This document shows positions 53,118-64,000 of a stretch of DNA of 64,000 bases, in pieces. Source of the stretch: an uncultured Methanoregulaceae archaeon (lineage in GTDB: Archaea > Halobacteriota > Methanomicrobia > Methanomicrobiales > Methanospirillaceae); contig OY969564.1 in the NCBI GenBank assembly GCA_963701095.1, forward strand, positions 2,432,001-2,496,000, read 5' to 3'. Numbering within the stretch: the first letter of the stretch is position 1; every line of letters begins with the position of its first letter. A program made the translations under genes and the position numbers. Under the pieces are notes generated by a model that saw nothing but the letters and a program-made list of their open reading frames with translations, searched no databases and was not told the origin of the DNA.

Positions 53118-54149
53118 TTATTTCTTTGCATTCTTCCTGATCTTGGTTGTTGCGAGTTTCTCGATAGCTGTAATATCGACACCCTTTTCGATTATGAGTT
53201 TTTTGTTCCGGACTGCGTTATCAACAAAACCCTTTCCTGTTGGTGTACGAATGACCAGTGTTGTGTATCCGGCCGGACTCCCGACTGCCCCGGCTGAGAT
53301 GTCTGCACCAAGTGATGAAAAGTCCGTGCAGATACGGCATCCCTGACGAATTGTATCATCAAGATCAGCAAGTGGAACGGAAATGTGCGTGTTATCCTGT
53401 TTTAAAATGTCGAGTTTCCCTTTTACATCGAGTTTCTTTATATCATGCGGCGCAATTGCGTATTTCTTTTCAAGTTTTCCATGTACAAGTCCCGCATAAT
53501 CGAAAGTCTCTGTGCAGAAAAGGCCAATTACAAGACGGATGGCTTTTGCATAGGGACGCAGGAGATCGTTATCGCTTGCCCGGATGCGAGATGCTGCCTG
53601 AACAGCGCAGGGCACACCAATAACTGCAATCTTTGTGTATTTCCTGGTTATCGCGGCATCCTTAAGCGCCGCAAGGAGCGGTACCCACCAGCTGTACCTG
53701 CTGCCGGCTTCCCGGATGAGGACATCTGATTTCGTAATAACCGCTGACGAGGGCCGAAGTGTCCAGGGGTCTTCGGTTACAGTAACTACAGCATCGATAA
53801 GTCCTGAGTCGAGGGCATCTGAAAGTATTGCTGTTACCGCGCCGCCGCTATGCCGGTGCGGGATCTCAAAAGATGCTTTTGCCATAAGCATTTCGAGATA
53901 AGTACCGACTGTATCGTTTGGCTGGTCGACAGTCCGGGGGCAGACCGCATAGCATGCCCCGCAGGGAACGCCATCGGTTGCCTGTTTGCAGTACCCGTTG
54001 CTCCTTGGGCTTACGATCATCTCCCCTTCAGCAAAGGACAGGGCATCAGCCGGACAGACGGCGATGCATGCACCGCAGCCGGAACATTTTTTTGTATCCC
54101 AGACCTCACTTTTCAAATCGAGATAATTCTTTTCTGCCATCGCCATCAC
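53118..54149 (-). CDS. FrhB/FdhB-family F420-binding subunit with N-terminal ferredoxin (glutamate synthase-associated)
   Basis: CSGCGAC.AVCP, CGACYAVCP, SGGAVT, AGSRY, GVPC, GLFC.E, C..C.DF and ADIS.G.VGS. Confidence 0.88.
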   Translation of the reverse strand: MMAMAEKNYLDLKSEVWDTKKCSGCGACIAVCPADALSFAEGEMIVSPRSNGYCKQATDGVPCGACYAVCPRTVDQPNDTVGTYLEMLMAKASFEIPHRHSGGAVTAILSDALDSGLIDAVVTVTEDPWTLRPSSAVITKSDVLIREAGSRYSWWVPLLAALKDAAITRKYTKIAVIGVPCAVQAASRIRASDNDLLRPYAKAIRLVIGLFCTETFDYAGLVHGKLEKKYAIAPHDIKKLDVKGKLDILKQDNTHISVPLADLDDTIRQGCRICTDFSSLGADISAGAVGSPAGYTTLVIRTPTGKGFVDNAVRNKKLIIEKGVDITAIEKLATTKIRKNAKK

Positions 54150-54889
54150 TCCGGTGTATACTTGCTCGCAAACGGCCGTGCGCTCGAAGCAGCGATCCGG
54201 GAATATTGTGCGGAAACCAGTGGTTCTGCATCGATTCCGAAGGTGCGGGCAAAGTCCTCAATAATCGGCTGTATTACCGCCATCTGTTCTGCAGTTGCTG
54301 GCAGCTGTTTTGCACCAACGCCGAGATACTTGTCTTCAACGGCTCCACGGACAAAAATCTCACCGCCATGGATGCCGCTTCCAATACCCCGCTCTGCTAC
54401 TGGTATCTGACCCTTCAGGCCAAGGACAATGAGAAGGCCTCCTGCCATATATTCGCCAAGGAACGCACGGGCAGATCCACCCACAACGAGAATCGGCCGT
54501 TTCTCCATGTATTGTTTCATATGGATACCTCCCCGGTAGCCGATGTTGTCCCGGACATAAATCCTGCCTCCCCGCATGCTATGGGCCGTGGCGTCGCCAG
54601 CACTCCCGTGGATAATTACCTTCCCCTGGTTCATGGTATTTCCCGGAGCATGATCTGCGTTACCGTGAACGATGATCGTCGGGCCGCTCATAAACATCGC
54701 AAGATCGCCGCCAGGGACACCGTTGATCGTTATTTTCACGTCGTTTCCTCTCAGCCCGTCACCGATAAACCGCTGGCCAAGAACATTGTCAATAACAATC
54801 TCCGTTGCGCCTTCGCAGATTGCTTTTCGTATCTGCTGGTTAAGCGGGGTGTAATGAAGGTTGCTAGCATCGATTCGTACTACAGACAT
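54146..54889 (-). CDS. glutamate synthase GXGXG beta-helix subunit
   Basis: GQRFI, G.PG.DLAMFM.G, GYRGGIHMK and FLGEYMAGG. Confidence 0.9.
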   Translation of the reverse strand: MSVVRIDASNLHYTPLNQQIRKAICEGATEIVIDNVLGQRFIGDGLRGNDVKITINGVPGGDLAMFMSGPTIIVHGNADHAPGNTMNQGKVIIHGSAGDATAHSMRGGRIYVRDNIGYRGGIHMKQYMEKRPILVVGGSARAFLGEYMAGGLLIVLGLKGQIPVAERGIGSGIHGGEIFVRGAVEDKYLGVGAKQLPATAEQMAVIQPIIEDFARTFGIDAEPLVSAQYSRIAASSARPFASKYTPE

Positions 54890-54894
54890 CGGAT

Positions 54895-56406
54895 TTACTC
54901 CCCCACGGACTTTACGTCAAGCACTTTGAGCAGACCCTCGTCCAGCATATAGCCACGGAGCCGGTCGCGGTTGCCCCGGAGACTCTCGATACTGTTGATG
55001 CCGGCGGCACCCATAAGTTCAGCGATTTCATCAGTCCACGCATGGATAAGGTTTGCAACCTGCACAGCATTTGTCTCGGGGTCCAGCCTCTTGGTGAGCT
55101 CCGGTCTCTGGGTGGCGATTCCCCAGGCACAGATGCCCCGGTTGCAGGTGCCGCAGACCCGGCATCCCATTGCGACAAGTGCTGATGTCCCTATATAAAC
55201 GGCGTCAGCGCCAAGGCAGATGATCTTTGCAATGTCAGCACTCTCCCTGATTCCGCCGCTTGCAATAATTGAAACCTCGTTTCGTATTCCTTGGGAGCGT
55301 AGCTTCGCATCGACACTTGCAATTGCTGCCTCAACAGGGATTCCCACATGGTCGCGGAAGACCCGGGGCGCTGCTCCCGTGCCTCCACGGAAGCCATCAA
55401 CGACAACCGCGTCTGCTCCTGAACGGGCGATACCGGCTGCAATCGCCGCAGAATTGTGAACCGCTGCAATTTTGACAAATACCGGTTTCTTCCATTCGGT
55501 CGCTTCCTTGAGGCTGTGCACCAGCTGTTTGAGATCCTCGATACTGTAAATATCGTGATGTGGGGCCGGGCTGATAGCGTCGCTTCCGCAAGGGATCATC
55601 CTCGTACAGGAAACCTCTTCGTCGACTTTTTCGCCCGGAAGGTGTCCGCCGATCCCCGGTTTTGCTCCCTGACCTATCTTGATCTCGATAGCGGCGCCGC
55701 GTTCAAGATAGTTTATATCAACCCCAAACCGGCCGGAAGCCACCTGCACAATTATATGACTCTGGTACGGGAAGAGCGACTCATGGAGACCTCCTTCACC
55801 TGTACCCATAAACGTTCCTACTTTTGTTACTGCTTTTGCAAGAGCAGTCTGGGCGTTCAGGCTGATCGCACCATAACTCATATGGCCAATCATGATCGGC
55901 GTCTCTATCTTGAGATTCGGGGCAAGTTTGGTAAGGAGATCCACGTCACCATTCGGGTACTCTTTTACGGACAGTGACGCAGGCTTCTTCCCAATATACG
56001 TCCTTAGCTCCATAGGCTCACGGAGCGGGTCAATCGAGGGGTTGGTCACCTGGCATGCATCAAGTACAAGCCGGTCAAAGATCATCGGGTAGGGAAGGAC
56101 ATTTCCCATACCGGCAAGGATAATTTTTCCTGTTTTTGCCTGGTTGAATACGGCTTCACGGATCTCACGGGTCCAGACCGGGTGGCTCCGGTAATCCGTG
56201 GGTTTCTCGTAGATCGCGATTGCATCACGCGGGCAGAACGCAGTACAGCGGTGACAGGCAACACAGTTCCGGGAATTTACAACGACCCGGTCGTTCTCTT
56301 TCCGGAAAACGCCGTACGAACAGTTCTCGATACAACGGCCGCAGTTCATGCAACGCTCGGTGTCCAGATCCACTTTGAACCTGAGCGGGATACTGCCGAT
56401 ACTCAT
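54895..56406 (-). CDS. glutamate synthase FMN-binding subunit with N-terminal 2x[4Fe-4S]
   Basis: CMNCGRC...C, CVACHRC...CP, MSYGAIS, TGEGG, QVASGRFG, KIGQGAKPG.GG.LPG.KV and CRVCGTC...C. Confidence 0.93.
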   Translation of the reverse strand: MSIGSIPLRFKVDLDTERCMNCGRCIENCSYGVFRKENDRVVVNSRNCVACHRCTAFCPRDAIAIYEKPTDYRSHPVWTREIREAVFNQAKTGKIILAGMGNVLPYPMIFDRLVLDACQVTNPSIDPLREPMELRTYIGKKPASLSVKEYPNGDVDLLTKLAPNLKIETPIMIGHMSYGAISLNAQTALAKAVTKVGTFMGTGEGGLHESLFPYQSHIIVQVASGRFGVDINYLERGAAIEIKIGQGAKPGIGGHLPGEKVDEEVSCTRMIPCGSDAISPAPHHDIYSIEDLKQLVHSLKEATEWKKPVFVKIAAVHNSAAIAAGIARSGADAVVVDGFRGGTGAAPRVFRDHVGIPVEAAIASVDAKLRSQGIRNEVSIIASGGIRESADIAKIICLGADAVYIGTSALVAMGCRVCGTCNRGICAWGIATQRPELTKRLDPETNAVQVANLIHAWTDEIAELMGAAGINSIESLRGNRDRLRGYMLDEGLLKVLDVKSVGE

Positions 56407-57453
56407 GCGATAACCCTCCCGATAACCGGTTCTCCGGCTTTTGGCATACTGACGTCCTCAATTGCCGGTTCGATTCTCCGGATCAGCTGCTTCTTCACTG
56501 GAGATGTAGAGCCGGTCGCCATGTTCACCTGCTACCAGAGGTCGTAGCTTAATCCGATCCGTAAACCCGAGCAACGTGTCAGATGTTGCCACACAGATTG
56601 CAAACGGGCCGTTCATAAGCGCCGGGCCATACGTTAGCCGAAGTGCCCTGTTGAGTTCCTGTTCTTTTGGTGGCATTTCGTCAATCTCATCCCAGAACGG
56701 TGGTGCCAGCGCACGTATTGCCAGTTTTTCCGAGAGACCGTGCTTCCTGACCAGTAAATCCACCAGGTACGCCACGACTTCAGTGTCAGTAAACATTGTG
56801 CACTTGTATCCGTCACTCTCGATATACCGCTGGTTGGTTCCGTACGAAGTGATTTCACCGTTATGAACGACACTCCAGTCAAGAAGGTTGAAGGGGTGTG
56901 CTCCTCCCCACCAGCCGGCAGTGTTCGTCGGGTACCTGTTGTGGGCAAGCCAAAGGTATCCTTTATAATCCTCAATCCGGTAGAAATTAGCGACCTGTTC
57001 AGGCCATCCCGAAGCCTTGAAGACGCCCATGTTCTTTCCCGATGAGAAGATAAGCGAACCTTTGTGTGTAGTATTTACCCGCATGACAAGCTCAGTGACC
57101 ATGTCGTCGGCTGTAGTCCGGGGCTCTTGTGCAAGACTTGTGTCAGGCAGATAGAAAAATCGCCATGGCGTGTGGACTTTTTTTATTCCCGCTTCGTAAG
57201 TCGGTATCGGTTCGTCATGGAAAATGGTACCCCATGATTCAAGTTCCTTGACGAGCGCCGGTTTGTCCTCTTTTACATCGTCAAAGAATACATGAAGGGC
57301 ATAGGCGTCCTTAAATTCAGGGTATATACCATAAGAAGCATAGCCGGCTCCCTCCCCGTTTCCCCGCTCGTTCATCATCGCGAGTGATGCTCGGATTTTA
57401 CTGCCGTCCATGAGATGGCGGCGTTTATCTATGACTCCAATAATTCCACACAT
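56403..57453 (-). CDS. glutamate synthase class II amidotransferase subunit, +1 indel near the 3' end
   Basis: MCGIIG, RG...G.G, HNRYPTNT, HPF, HNGE and DTEV. Removing one base at about 56484 restores SEEAAIRRI...KAGEPVIGRVIA* with an ATGA overlap. Confidence 0.92.
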
Positions 57454-57590
57454 TTTCTATCACAGTCGGGATGTCTGGTTAGCTTTTTGTTCCTTTGGGC
57501 TGGAAGCGCCGGTCGGAAATTGAAACGTATATTATTAGCACGTTCCCTGAATTGAATGTAATTATTCTCCTCAAAGGGTTAGTTCAGAAG

Positions 57591-57622
57591 ATATAAATGT
57601 AATTGGTTGGAAAATTAGTTCC
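57591..57622 (+). promoter_or_regulatory. glnA promoter: TATA box and NrpR-type operator
   Basis: ATATAAAT at 57591-57598; GGAA-AATTAG-TTCC at 57609-57622, 3 nt before the ATG. Confidence 0.8.
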
Positions 57623-57625
57623 ATT

Positions 57626-58951
57626 ATGTCAGCAGACGTGGCTAAGTTGCTCAAGAAAATTAATGCCGATGACGTAAAATTTATCCGGCTCCAGTTTACC
57701 GATGTGCTGGGGATGCCAAAGAATGCGGCCATCCCTGTTGTTCAGGCAGAGAAATCCCTGACTGAAGGCACATGGTTTGACGGGTCGTCCATTGAAGGAT
57801 TTACCCGGATCGAGGAGTCGGACATGCTTTTAAAAGCGGATCCGGCATCATATACAACTCTCCCATGGAGACCTCAGGAGGGCAGGGTCGCCCGGTTCAT
57901 GTGTGATGTGTATACCTATGGAAACAAACCCTTCGAAGGCGACCCCCGCTACGTTTTAAAGAAAGTTCTGGCTGATGCTGCAAAGATGGGCTACACATTT
58001 AACACCGGCCCCGAACTCGAATTTTTCCTGTTCAATCTTGTCAATGGCAAGCCAACGACAGAGTTCCCCGACCAGGGGGCATACTTTGATCTTTCTCCCA
58101 ATGACAAAGCAGAAGATGTCCGCCGAGAAATCGTGCTCTCGCTTACCAGCATGGGTTTTGAGATCGAGATGTCACACCACGAGGTGGCGGCAAGCCAGCA
58201 CGAGATCGATTTCAAATACGCGGATGCACTCACGACTGCAGATCGGGTAATGACCTATAAATTTGCAACAAAAGCAATTGCACTCAAATATGGCCTGCAT
58301 GCTTCGTTTATGGCAAAACCAATCGCCGGGATCAACGGCAGCGGAATGCACACGCACGGTTCCCTTTCAAAGAACGGCAAGAATGCTTTCTATGATGCAA
58401 ATGCCCCGGATGGACTTTCTGACACAGCGCTCTATTACATAGGCGGTCTTCTCAAGCATGCAAAGGCAATCACCCGGGTTGCAAACCCGACCATTAACTC
58501 GTACAAGCGGCTTGTTCCGGGATATGAAGCTCCCTGCTACATCTCGTGGAGTACTACCAACCGGTCAGCACTCATCCGTGTGCCGGCAGCCCGTGGTAAC
58601 AGCACCCGTGCTGAATTCCGTAGTCCGGATCCGATGTGCAATCCGTACCTTACGTTTGCCTGTATGCTTGCTGCAGGTCTTGACGGTGTGAAAAACAAGA
58701 TCATGCCCCCGGACGCAACAAACACCAATATCTACCACCTGAATGCAAAAGAGCGCAAGAAAATGAAGATTGATATGCTGCCGGGAAGCCTCACTGAGTC
58801 CCACCAGTACCTGCTCAGGGACCAGGTTCTTTGTGATGCTCTCGGCCCGCATGTTGTCGAAACCCTCACACGTATTACTGAAGCTGAGACCGACGCTTTC
58901 CGTCTCGCGGTTCACCCGTGGGAACTGGACCGGTACCTCGCTACCTACTAA
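57626..58951 (+). CDS. glnA: glutamine synthetase type I
   Basis: FDGSSIEGF...ESDM, GPELEFF, HHEVA..QHEI, FMAKP..G.NGSGMH, SYKRLVPGYEAP and EFRSPD. Confidence 0.97.
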   Translation: MSADVAKLLKKINADDVKFIRLQFTDVLGMPKNAAIPVVQAEKSLTEGTWFDGSSIEGFTRIEESDMLLKADPASYTTLPWRPQEGRVARFMCDVYTYGNKPFEGDPRYVLKKVLADAAKMGYTFNTGPELEFFLFNLVNGKPTTEFPDQGAYFDLSPNDKAEDVRREIVLSLTSMGFEIEMSHHEVAASQHEIDFKYADALTTADRVMTYKFATKAIALKYGLHASFMAKPIAGINGSGMHTHGSLSKNGKNAFYDANAPDGLSDTALYYIGGLLKHAKAITRVANPTINSYKRLVPGYEAPCYISWSTTNRSALIRVPAARGNSTRAEFRSPDPMCNPYLTFACMLAAGLDGVKNKIMPPDATNTNIYHLNAKERKKMKIDMLPGSLTESHQYLLRDQVLCDALGPHVVETLTRITEAETDAFRLAVHPWELDRYLATY

Positions 58952-58984
58952 TCTTACAATATTTTCCCGCAAGGTGAGGGACAG

Positions 58985-59152
58985 ACTGGACTTTTCATCC
59001 GGTAAATGCCCGTCGTCCATGTGGGTCCGGGAGAAGACAGAAAGGATACGCACAGGTTCGCTACGTTCCGTCCGGCATTTATTGCCGTACCGTGGCATTC
59101 CCTCCTACCCGTATAAATTCTGGTCTTCTTTTGGCTCATTCGTGGACTCACA
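58985..59152 (+). ncRNA. candidate structured cis-regulatory leader of amtB1
   Basis: Hairpin ACUGGA-CUUUUCA-UCCGGU and a long helix pairing 59020-59042 with 59119-59152. The motif is shared with the amtB2 leader. Confidence 0.4.
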
Positions 59153-59167
59153 ATAAAGTTACAGGAG

Positions 59168-60370
59168 ATGATTATGGCTCTGGATACCGGTGTTACAACT
59201 TGGCTCATGGTCTCGGCACTTCTGGTTATGCTGATGACCCCGGGCGTTGGGTTTTTTTATGGTGGACTTGTTCGAAAGAAGAATTTTATCTCGATGATCG
59301 CACTCTCTTTCCTGGTACTGGCGCTCACCAGCGTCCAGTGGATCATGATAGGGTATTCGCTTGCGTTCGGTTCAGACGTGGGAGGCTTTATCGGAAACCT
59401 TCAGTATCTTGGATTGAACGGCGTGAGTGCTACTGCTGGCACAGCAGCATATCCGCCGCTTGTCTACATGGCATTCCAGCTCTTCTTTGCCTCAGTCACG
59501 TTAACTATCGTTACGTCGGCTGTTGCAGAGAGGGTTAAACTGTCATCGTTTATTGTGTTCTCGCTCATCTGGTTGAGTGTAGTATACTGCCCGCTTGCAC
59601 ACTGGGCATGGGGCGGAGGCTGGGCACAACAGATGGGTCTTATTGATTTTGCCGGTGGCACCGTTGTCGAGATCTGTTCCGGTTTTGCCGCTCTTGCGCT
59701 CGCGCTGGTTATCGGCAAACGCGCCGGTTTTGGCGAATATTCGATAGAACCTCACAATATCCCGATTGCCCTTCTAGGTGCAGCCCTTCTCTGGTTTGGC
59801 TGGTTCGGGTTTAATGCCGGGAGTGCGCTTGCGGTTAACGGGAGCACGGTGACTGCATTTGTGAATACAAACACTGCTGCAGCCACCGGAGCACTTGCAT
59901 GGATGTTTGCCAGCTGGTACAATGGCAAACCCAGCTCCTTAGGTATGGTAAGTGGCGCGATTGCCGGAATGGTCGCAATCACACCTGCAGCCGGCTTTGT
60001 TACACCTCTTGTGGCAGTTCTTATTGGTGCCGTTGCAGGTGTACTCTGCTTTGGCATGATGCTCCTGAGAATCAGCAAACAGCTGGACGAAAGTCTGGAT
60101 GCATGGGCAATTCACGGGATGGGAGGAGTTTGGGGAACTCTAGCAACCGGCCTGTTTGCAGCAGCAGCAGTCGCCGGATTCTCCGGGCTCTTTGAAGGAA
60201 ATGTTCACCAGTTCCTGATAAATGCCCTGGGTGCAGGTGCCGCTGTCGTCTATGCCTTCGTAGTAACTTATGTTTTAGCGACTCTCATCGATCGCACTCT
60301 GGGATTGCGTGTCACACCTGACGAAGAATACGTCGGGCTTGACATTTGTCATCATGGTGAGAGGGCATAA
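59168..60370 (+). CDS. amtB: ammonium transporter (His-to-Glu pore variant)
   Basis: [39 protein letters not shown] and D...IHG. The start is 59168 or 59174. Confidence 0.95.
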   Translation: MIMALDTGVTTWLMVSALLVMLMTPGVGFFYGGLVRKKNFISMIALSFLVLALTSVQWIMIGYSLAFGSDVGGFIGNLQYLGLNGVSATAGTAAYPPLVYMAFQLFFASVTLTIVTSAVAERVKLSSFIVFSLIWLSVVYCPLAHWAWGGGWAQQMGLIDFAGGTVVEICSGFAALALALVIGKRAGFGEYSIEPHNIPIALLGAALLWFGWFGFNAGSALAVNGSTVTAFVNTNTAAATGALAWMFASWYNGKPSSLGMVSGAIAGMVAITPAAGFVTPLVAVLIGAVAGVLCFGMMLLRISKQLDESLDAWAIHGMGGVWGTLATGLFAAAAVAGFSGLFEGNVHQFLINALGAGAAVVYAFVVTYVLATLIDRTLGLRVTPDEEYVGLDICHHGERA

Positions 60371-60466
60371 CCTCTTTTCTTATTACCCTTTTTGAAATTA
60401 CATCCTTACAGGATCAATAACCGTTTTTCTTTCTCTCTCTCATTAATCAAAATATTAATATATCTA

Positions 60467-60480
60467 GGAATAGAACTTCC
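60467..60480 (+). promoter_or_regulatory. NrpR-type operator upstream of amtB2-glnK2
   Basis: GGAA-TAGAAC-TTCC directly after an AT-rich TATA-like stretch (60451-60463). Confidence 0.75.
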
Positions 60481-60498
60481 TTCCTATAAAACATGGTA

Positions 60499-60650
60499 CT
60501 TCATTAAGAGAGCCGATATCTCGCGGATAATCAGGCTGTGTGGGTGATACCGGACTTTTCATCCGGACCCTGTCTCCGGCAGCCTGATTCGTTTCCTGGT
60601 TCGGGAAAAAGATCCGCTGCTTTGCCGTCATTACGGTTCGCGGCATGAAG
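60499..60650 (+). ncRNA. candidate structured cis-regulatory leader of amtB2
   Basis: Nested helices CUUCAU/AUGAAG, GCGGAU/AUCCGC, AAUCAGGCUG/CAGCCUGAUU and CCGGA-CUUUUCA-UCCGG. Confidence 0.45.
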
Positions 60651-60676
60651 GGTCAGTTCAGTAAAAGGTGAATTAA

Positions 60677-62232
<1,556 letters not shown>

Positions 62233-62278
62233 AATAAATGGGTACTGATTCGGGATCCCGTCCCTTAAGTTCCAATTC

Positions 62279-62318
62279 GGGAAGGAGTTAATAATCGACT
62301 CTGCTTCCCTCTTTTTTT
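62279..62318 (+). terminator. hairpin plus T7 terminator after amtB2-glnK2
   Basis: GGGAAG.GAGT...ACTC..CTTCCC followed by TTTTTTT. Confidence 0.55.
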
Positions 62319-62533
62319 AATGATTCCACGTCTTTCGAGAAAACGGTGGAAATATATTTCTTATAATTCTATACTTAAAACGAATTCCCGGAATACTCTT
62401 GTTGGCTCTCTCGCATATTGTTATTTAGCCAGACGGTGAAAATCATAGGATATCTATCATGATCCCGTGGCTCAATTCTAATTTTAAAAATTTTAAACCT
62501 ACAGCGGCAATTGCTCTCAATGCCACGCGGCAC

Positions 62534-63742
62534 ATGAATACAATGGAACGTAAAAAACTTTTTTCCCCCGATATCGAGCCCATGCGAACTGCAGAAGGAC
62601 GATGGTTTGAGGCAATCGTATACGAAATGTTCCTTGAGATTTCACAGAAATCCGGCCAGATAAAATATCTCGCGCGTAAGGGTGCGGATGCACCACATGC
62701 CGGTGCCCAGGCTCATCTAGGCCAAAACGGTATTTTTTATTCTAAATATGGGGACATAACCTTCCGGGGAAACGGTCAGGACCTGGCTGAATTTGATCTT
62801 ATGCTTGTCGATTCTGAGAATCAGGTCGCGTTTGGCGAAGTGGTCACCTCGCCGGCAGATCTCAAGGAATTTGAAGTCGAGATCGCTTTTAAAAAACGGT
62901 TACTTGGGTATCTCTATGGCCAGAAGCATGTCTCGTTTGTTCTTGTATCCTCCTTTGACATCTCAAACTATTCTGTAGTTAAGCGGCTTGCAAAAGATCC
63001 GGATAACGCGATCATCCATACCAGTTCCTGCGAGCAGATCAAATCACTGGTTAAACATTACCGGCCCCGTATTCTGTACACAAAACCCACAAACCATCCC
63101 AAGTTGATCCGTGCCACCGATATTCCGCAGAAAAACCCGATCGATTACCGGAAATGCCACGATGAGTTCAGGAACCGTCTTTTCTCCGATATCAAGGACG
63201 GCCACCGGGACACAAAGGAACTGGCACCTTCTACAGATACCGAAGCACTGGTCAAGAAGATTCTCTATGGCGCCCTGTATCCCCACGCGATAAAGGCTGT
63301 CTGTGAACAGTACGGTCTTGTAGTCCGGGGAAAACGTGTCGAATGGGCTGATTTTTTCGGGTATTTCTCTAAAGCGATTCTCGCTACTGATCTCCCCGGC
63401 TTTGAGCTCATCCTGTATCTCCGGTCCCGGGAGAAGACGGAGTATCTTAAGATGGTGCAGACAAAGGAAGGCCACTTCCGGTTTGAACGCCCGACTCCCT
63501 CACGAGTAGGTTTTTTTCTGTGGATCGAGTCGCTCCAACCTTCGCTAGGGACCAGGATTTCTCTTGAAATCCTAAAAACATTCAGTACAAAGGAGCCGGG
63601 AAAAAATAAATCCGTGATTTTCTCAACCGACTTTTTTTTAACTGACGTATTCAACCCTTCAGCCAGACAGGTCAGAGAATGGGAGCGCCTGTTAGCAGGT
63701 AAATTATCAGCACAATCACGATCTGGTGCACGAGATAGATAA
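62534..63742 (+). CDS. hypothetical protein with N-terminal PD-(D/E)XK restriction-endonuclease-like motifs
   Basis: GRWFE, AEFDLMLVD and FGEVVT. The start is uncertain (62459, 62534 or 62543). The true end is probably about 63609 if the A6 run lost a base. Confidence 0.55.
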   Translation: MNTMERKKLFSPDIEPMRTAEGRWFEAIVYEMFLEISQKSGQIKYLARKGADAPHAGAQAHLGQNGIFYSKYGDITFRGNGQDLAEFDLMLVDSENQVAFGEVVTSPADLKEFEVEIAFKKRLLGYLYGQKHVSFVLVSSFDISNYSVVKRLAKDPDNAIIHTSSCEQIKSLVKHYRPRILYTKPTNHPKLIRATDIPQKNPIDYRKCHDEFRNRLFSDIKDGHRDTKELAPSTDTEALVKKILYGALYPHAIKAVCEQYGLVVRGKRVEWADFFGYFSKAILATDLPGFELILYLRSREKTEYLKMVQTKEGHFRFERPTPSRVGFFLWIESLQPSLGTRISLEILKTFSTKEPGKNKSVIFSTDFFLTDVFNPSARQVREWERLLAGKLSAQSRSGARDR

Positions 63743-64000
63743 CAAGGGAATGCCTGCCCATGAATAAAAGAGGCGCTAACGCCCGTTCGGGAATTTCAGG
63801 AAGTGTCCAGTGCCGTACTCCGTTGGGATACGCAAATTCGCCGAGGGCAAGTCCAATCAGTACAAGACCCATCCACGGGAATATGGGTGTGTAATCAACA
63901 CTCTGGAATATAAGCGGGTGAATACCAAAGACCAAAAGTCCCATAGGTCCGGGGATAGTGGCAAGAATCCAACCGATGACAATAAAAATTAACCCAATTA
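63672..64000 (-). CDS. DUF1624/HGSNAT-like membrane protein, C-terminal part (5' partial)
   Basis: SVDY.PIFPW.G and GRHSL.IYLVHQ; the frame is open to the window end. Confidence 0.8.
   Translation of the reverse strand, partial: IGLIFIVIGWILATIPGPMGLLVFGIHPLIFQSVDYTPIFPWMGLVLIGLALGEFAYPNGVRHWTLPEIPERALAPLLFMGRHSLVIYLVHQIVIVLIIYLLTGAPIL

Noticed and set aside
63672..63742. 71-nt convergent overlap between the last two genes
   Set aside because: One extra A in the A6 run at 63601-06 gives GKK* at about 63609 followed by a T8 tract, which removes the overlap.

Overview
Archaeal chromosomal window from a hydrogenotrophic methanogen, most likely Methanomicrobiales (Methanoregula-like). This is inferred from the gene set (top6A/B, mfnB, class I CCA enzyme, FrhB-type subunit, NrpR-type operators) and was not checked by search. 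1-24.2 kb is a visibly AT-richer surface-glycan island: wzt tail, neuA/neuB/neuC nonulosonate pathway, dehydratase/aminotransferase/acetyltransferase, formyltransferase, deacetylase, two HisF/HisH/amidotransferase acetamidino modules, a B12 radical SAM enzyme, a carbamoyltransferase and glycosyltransferases. 24.2-51.7 kb is core genes (top6AB, hisS, larB, nadM, ychF, valS, tmk, mfnB, guaB, ArsR-Hsp20, nrdH-nrdD, thpR, cca) plus a decayed IS1341-type tnpB element. 51.7-62.2 kb is a nitrogen-assimilation cluster (glnK, four-gene glutamate synthase with an FrhB-like subunit, glnA, amtB-amtB-glnK) with GGAA-N6-TTCC operators. About ten single-base indels break genes, including essential ones, and are probably read or assembly errors. 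Main leads: (i) a class III RNR NrdD that lacks its C-terminal Zn/glycyl-radical domain in every frame, implying a split enzyme; (ii) a conserved stem-loop with an identical CUUUUCA loop inside long structured leaders of both amtB paralogs, a candidate archaeal cis-regulatory RNA; (iii) a natural His-to-Glu pore variant in amtB1 next to a twin-His amtB2; (iv) a B12-rSAM plus acetamidino cassette and a deacetylase/formyltransferase pair that predict a heavily decorated nonulosonate glycan; (v) an antitoxin-like gene coupled to an unannotated 50-aa ORF. No tRNA, rRNA or CRISPR array was recognised.
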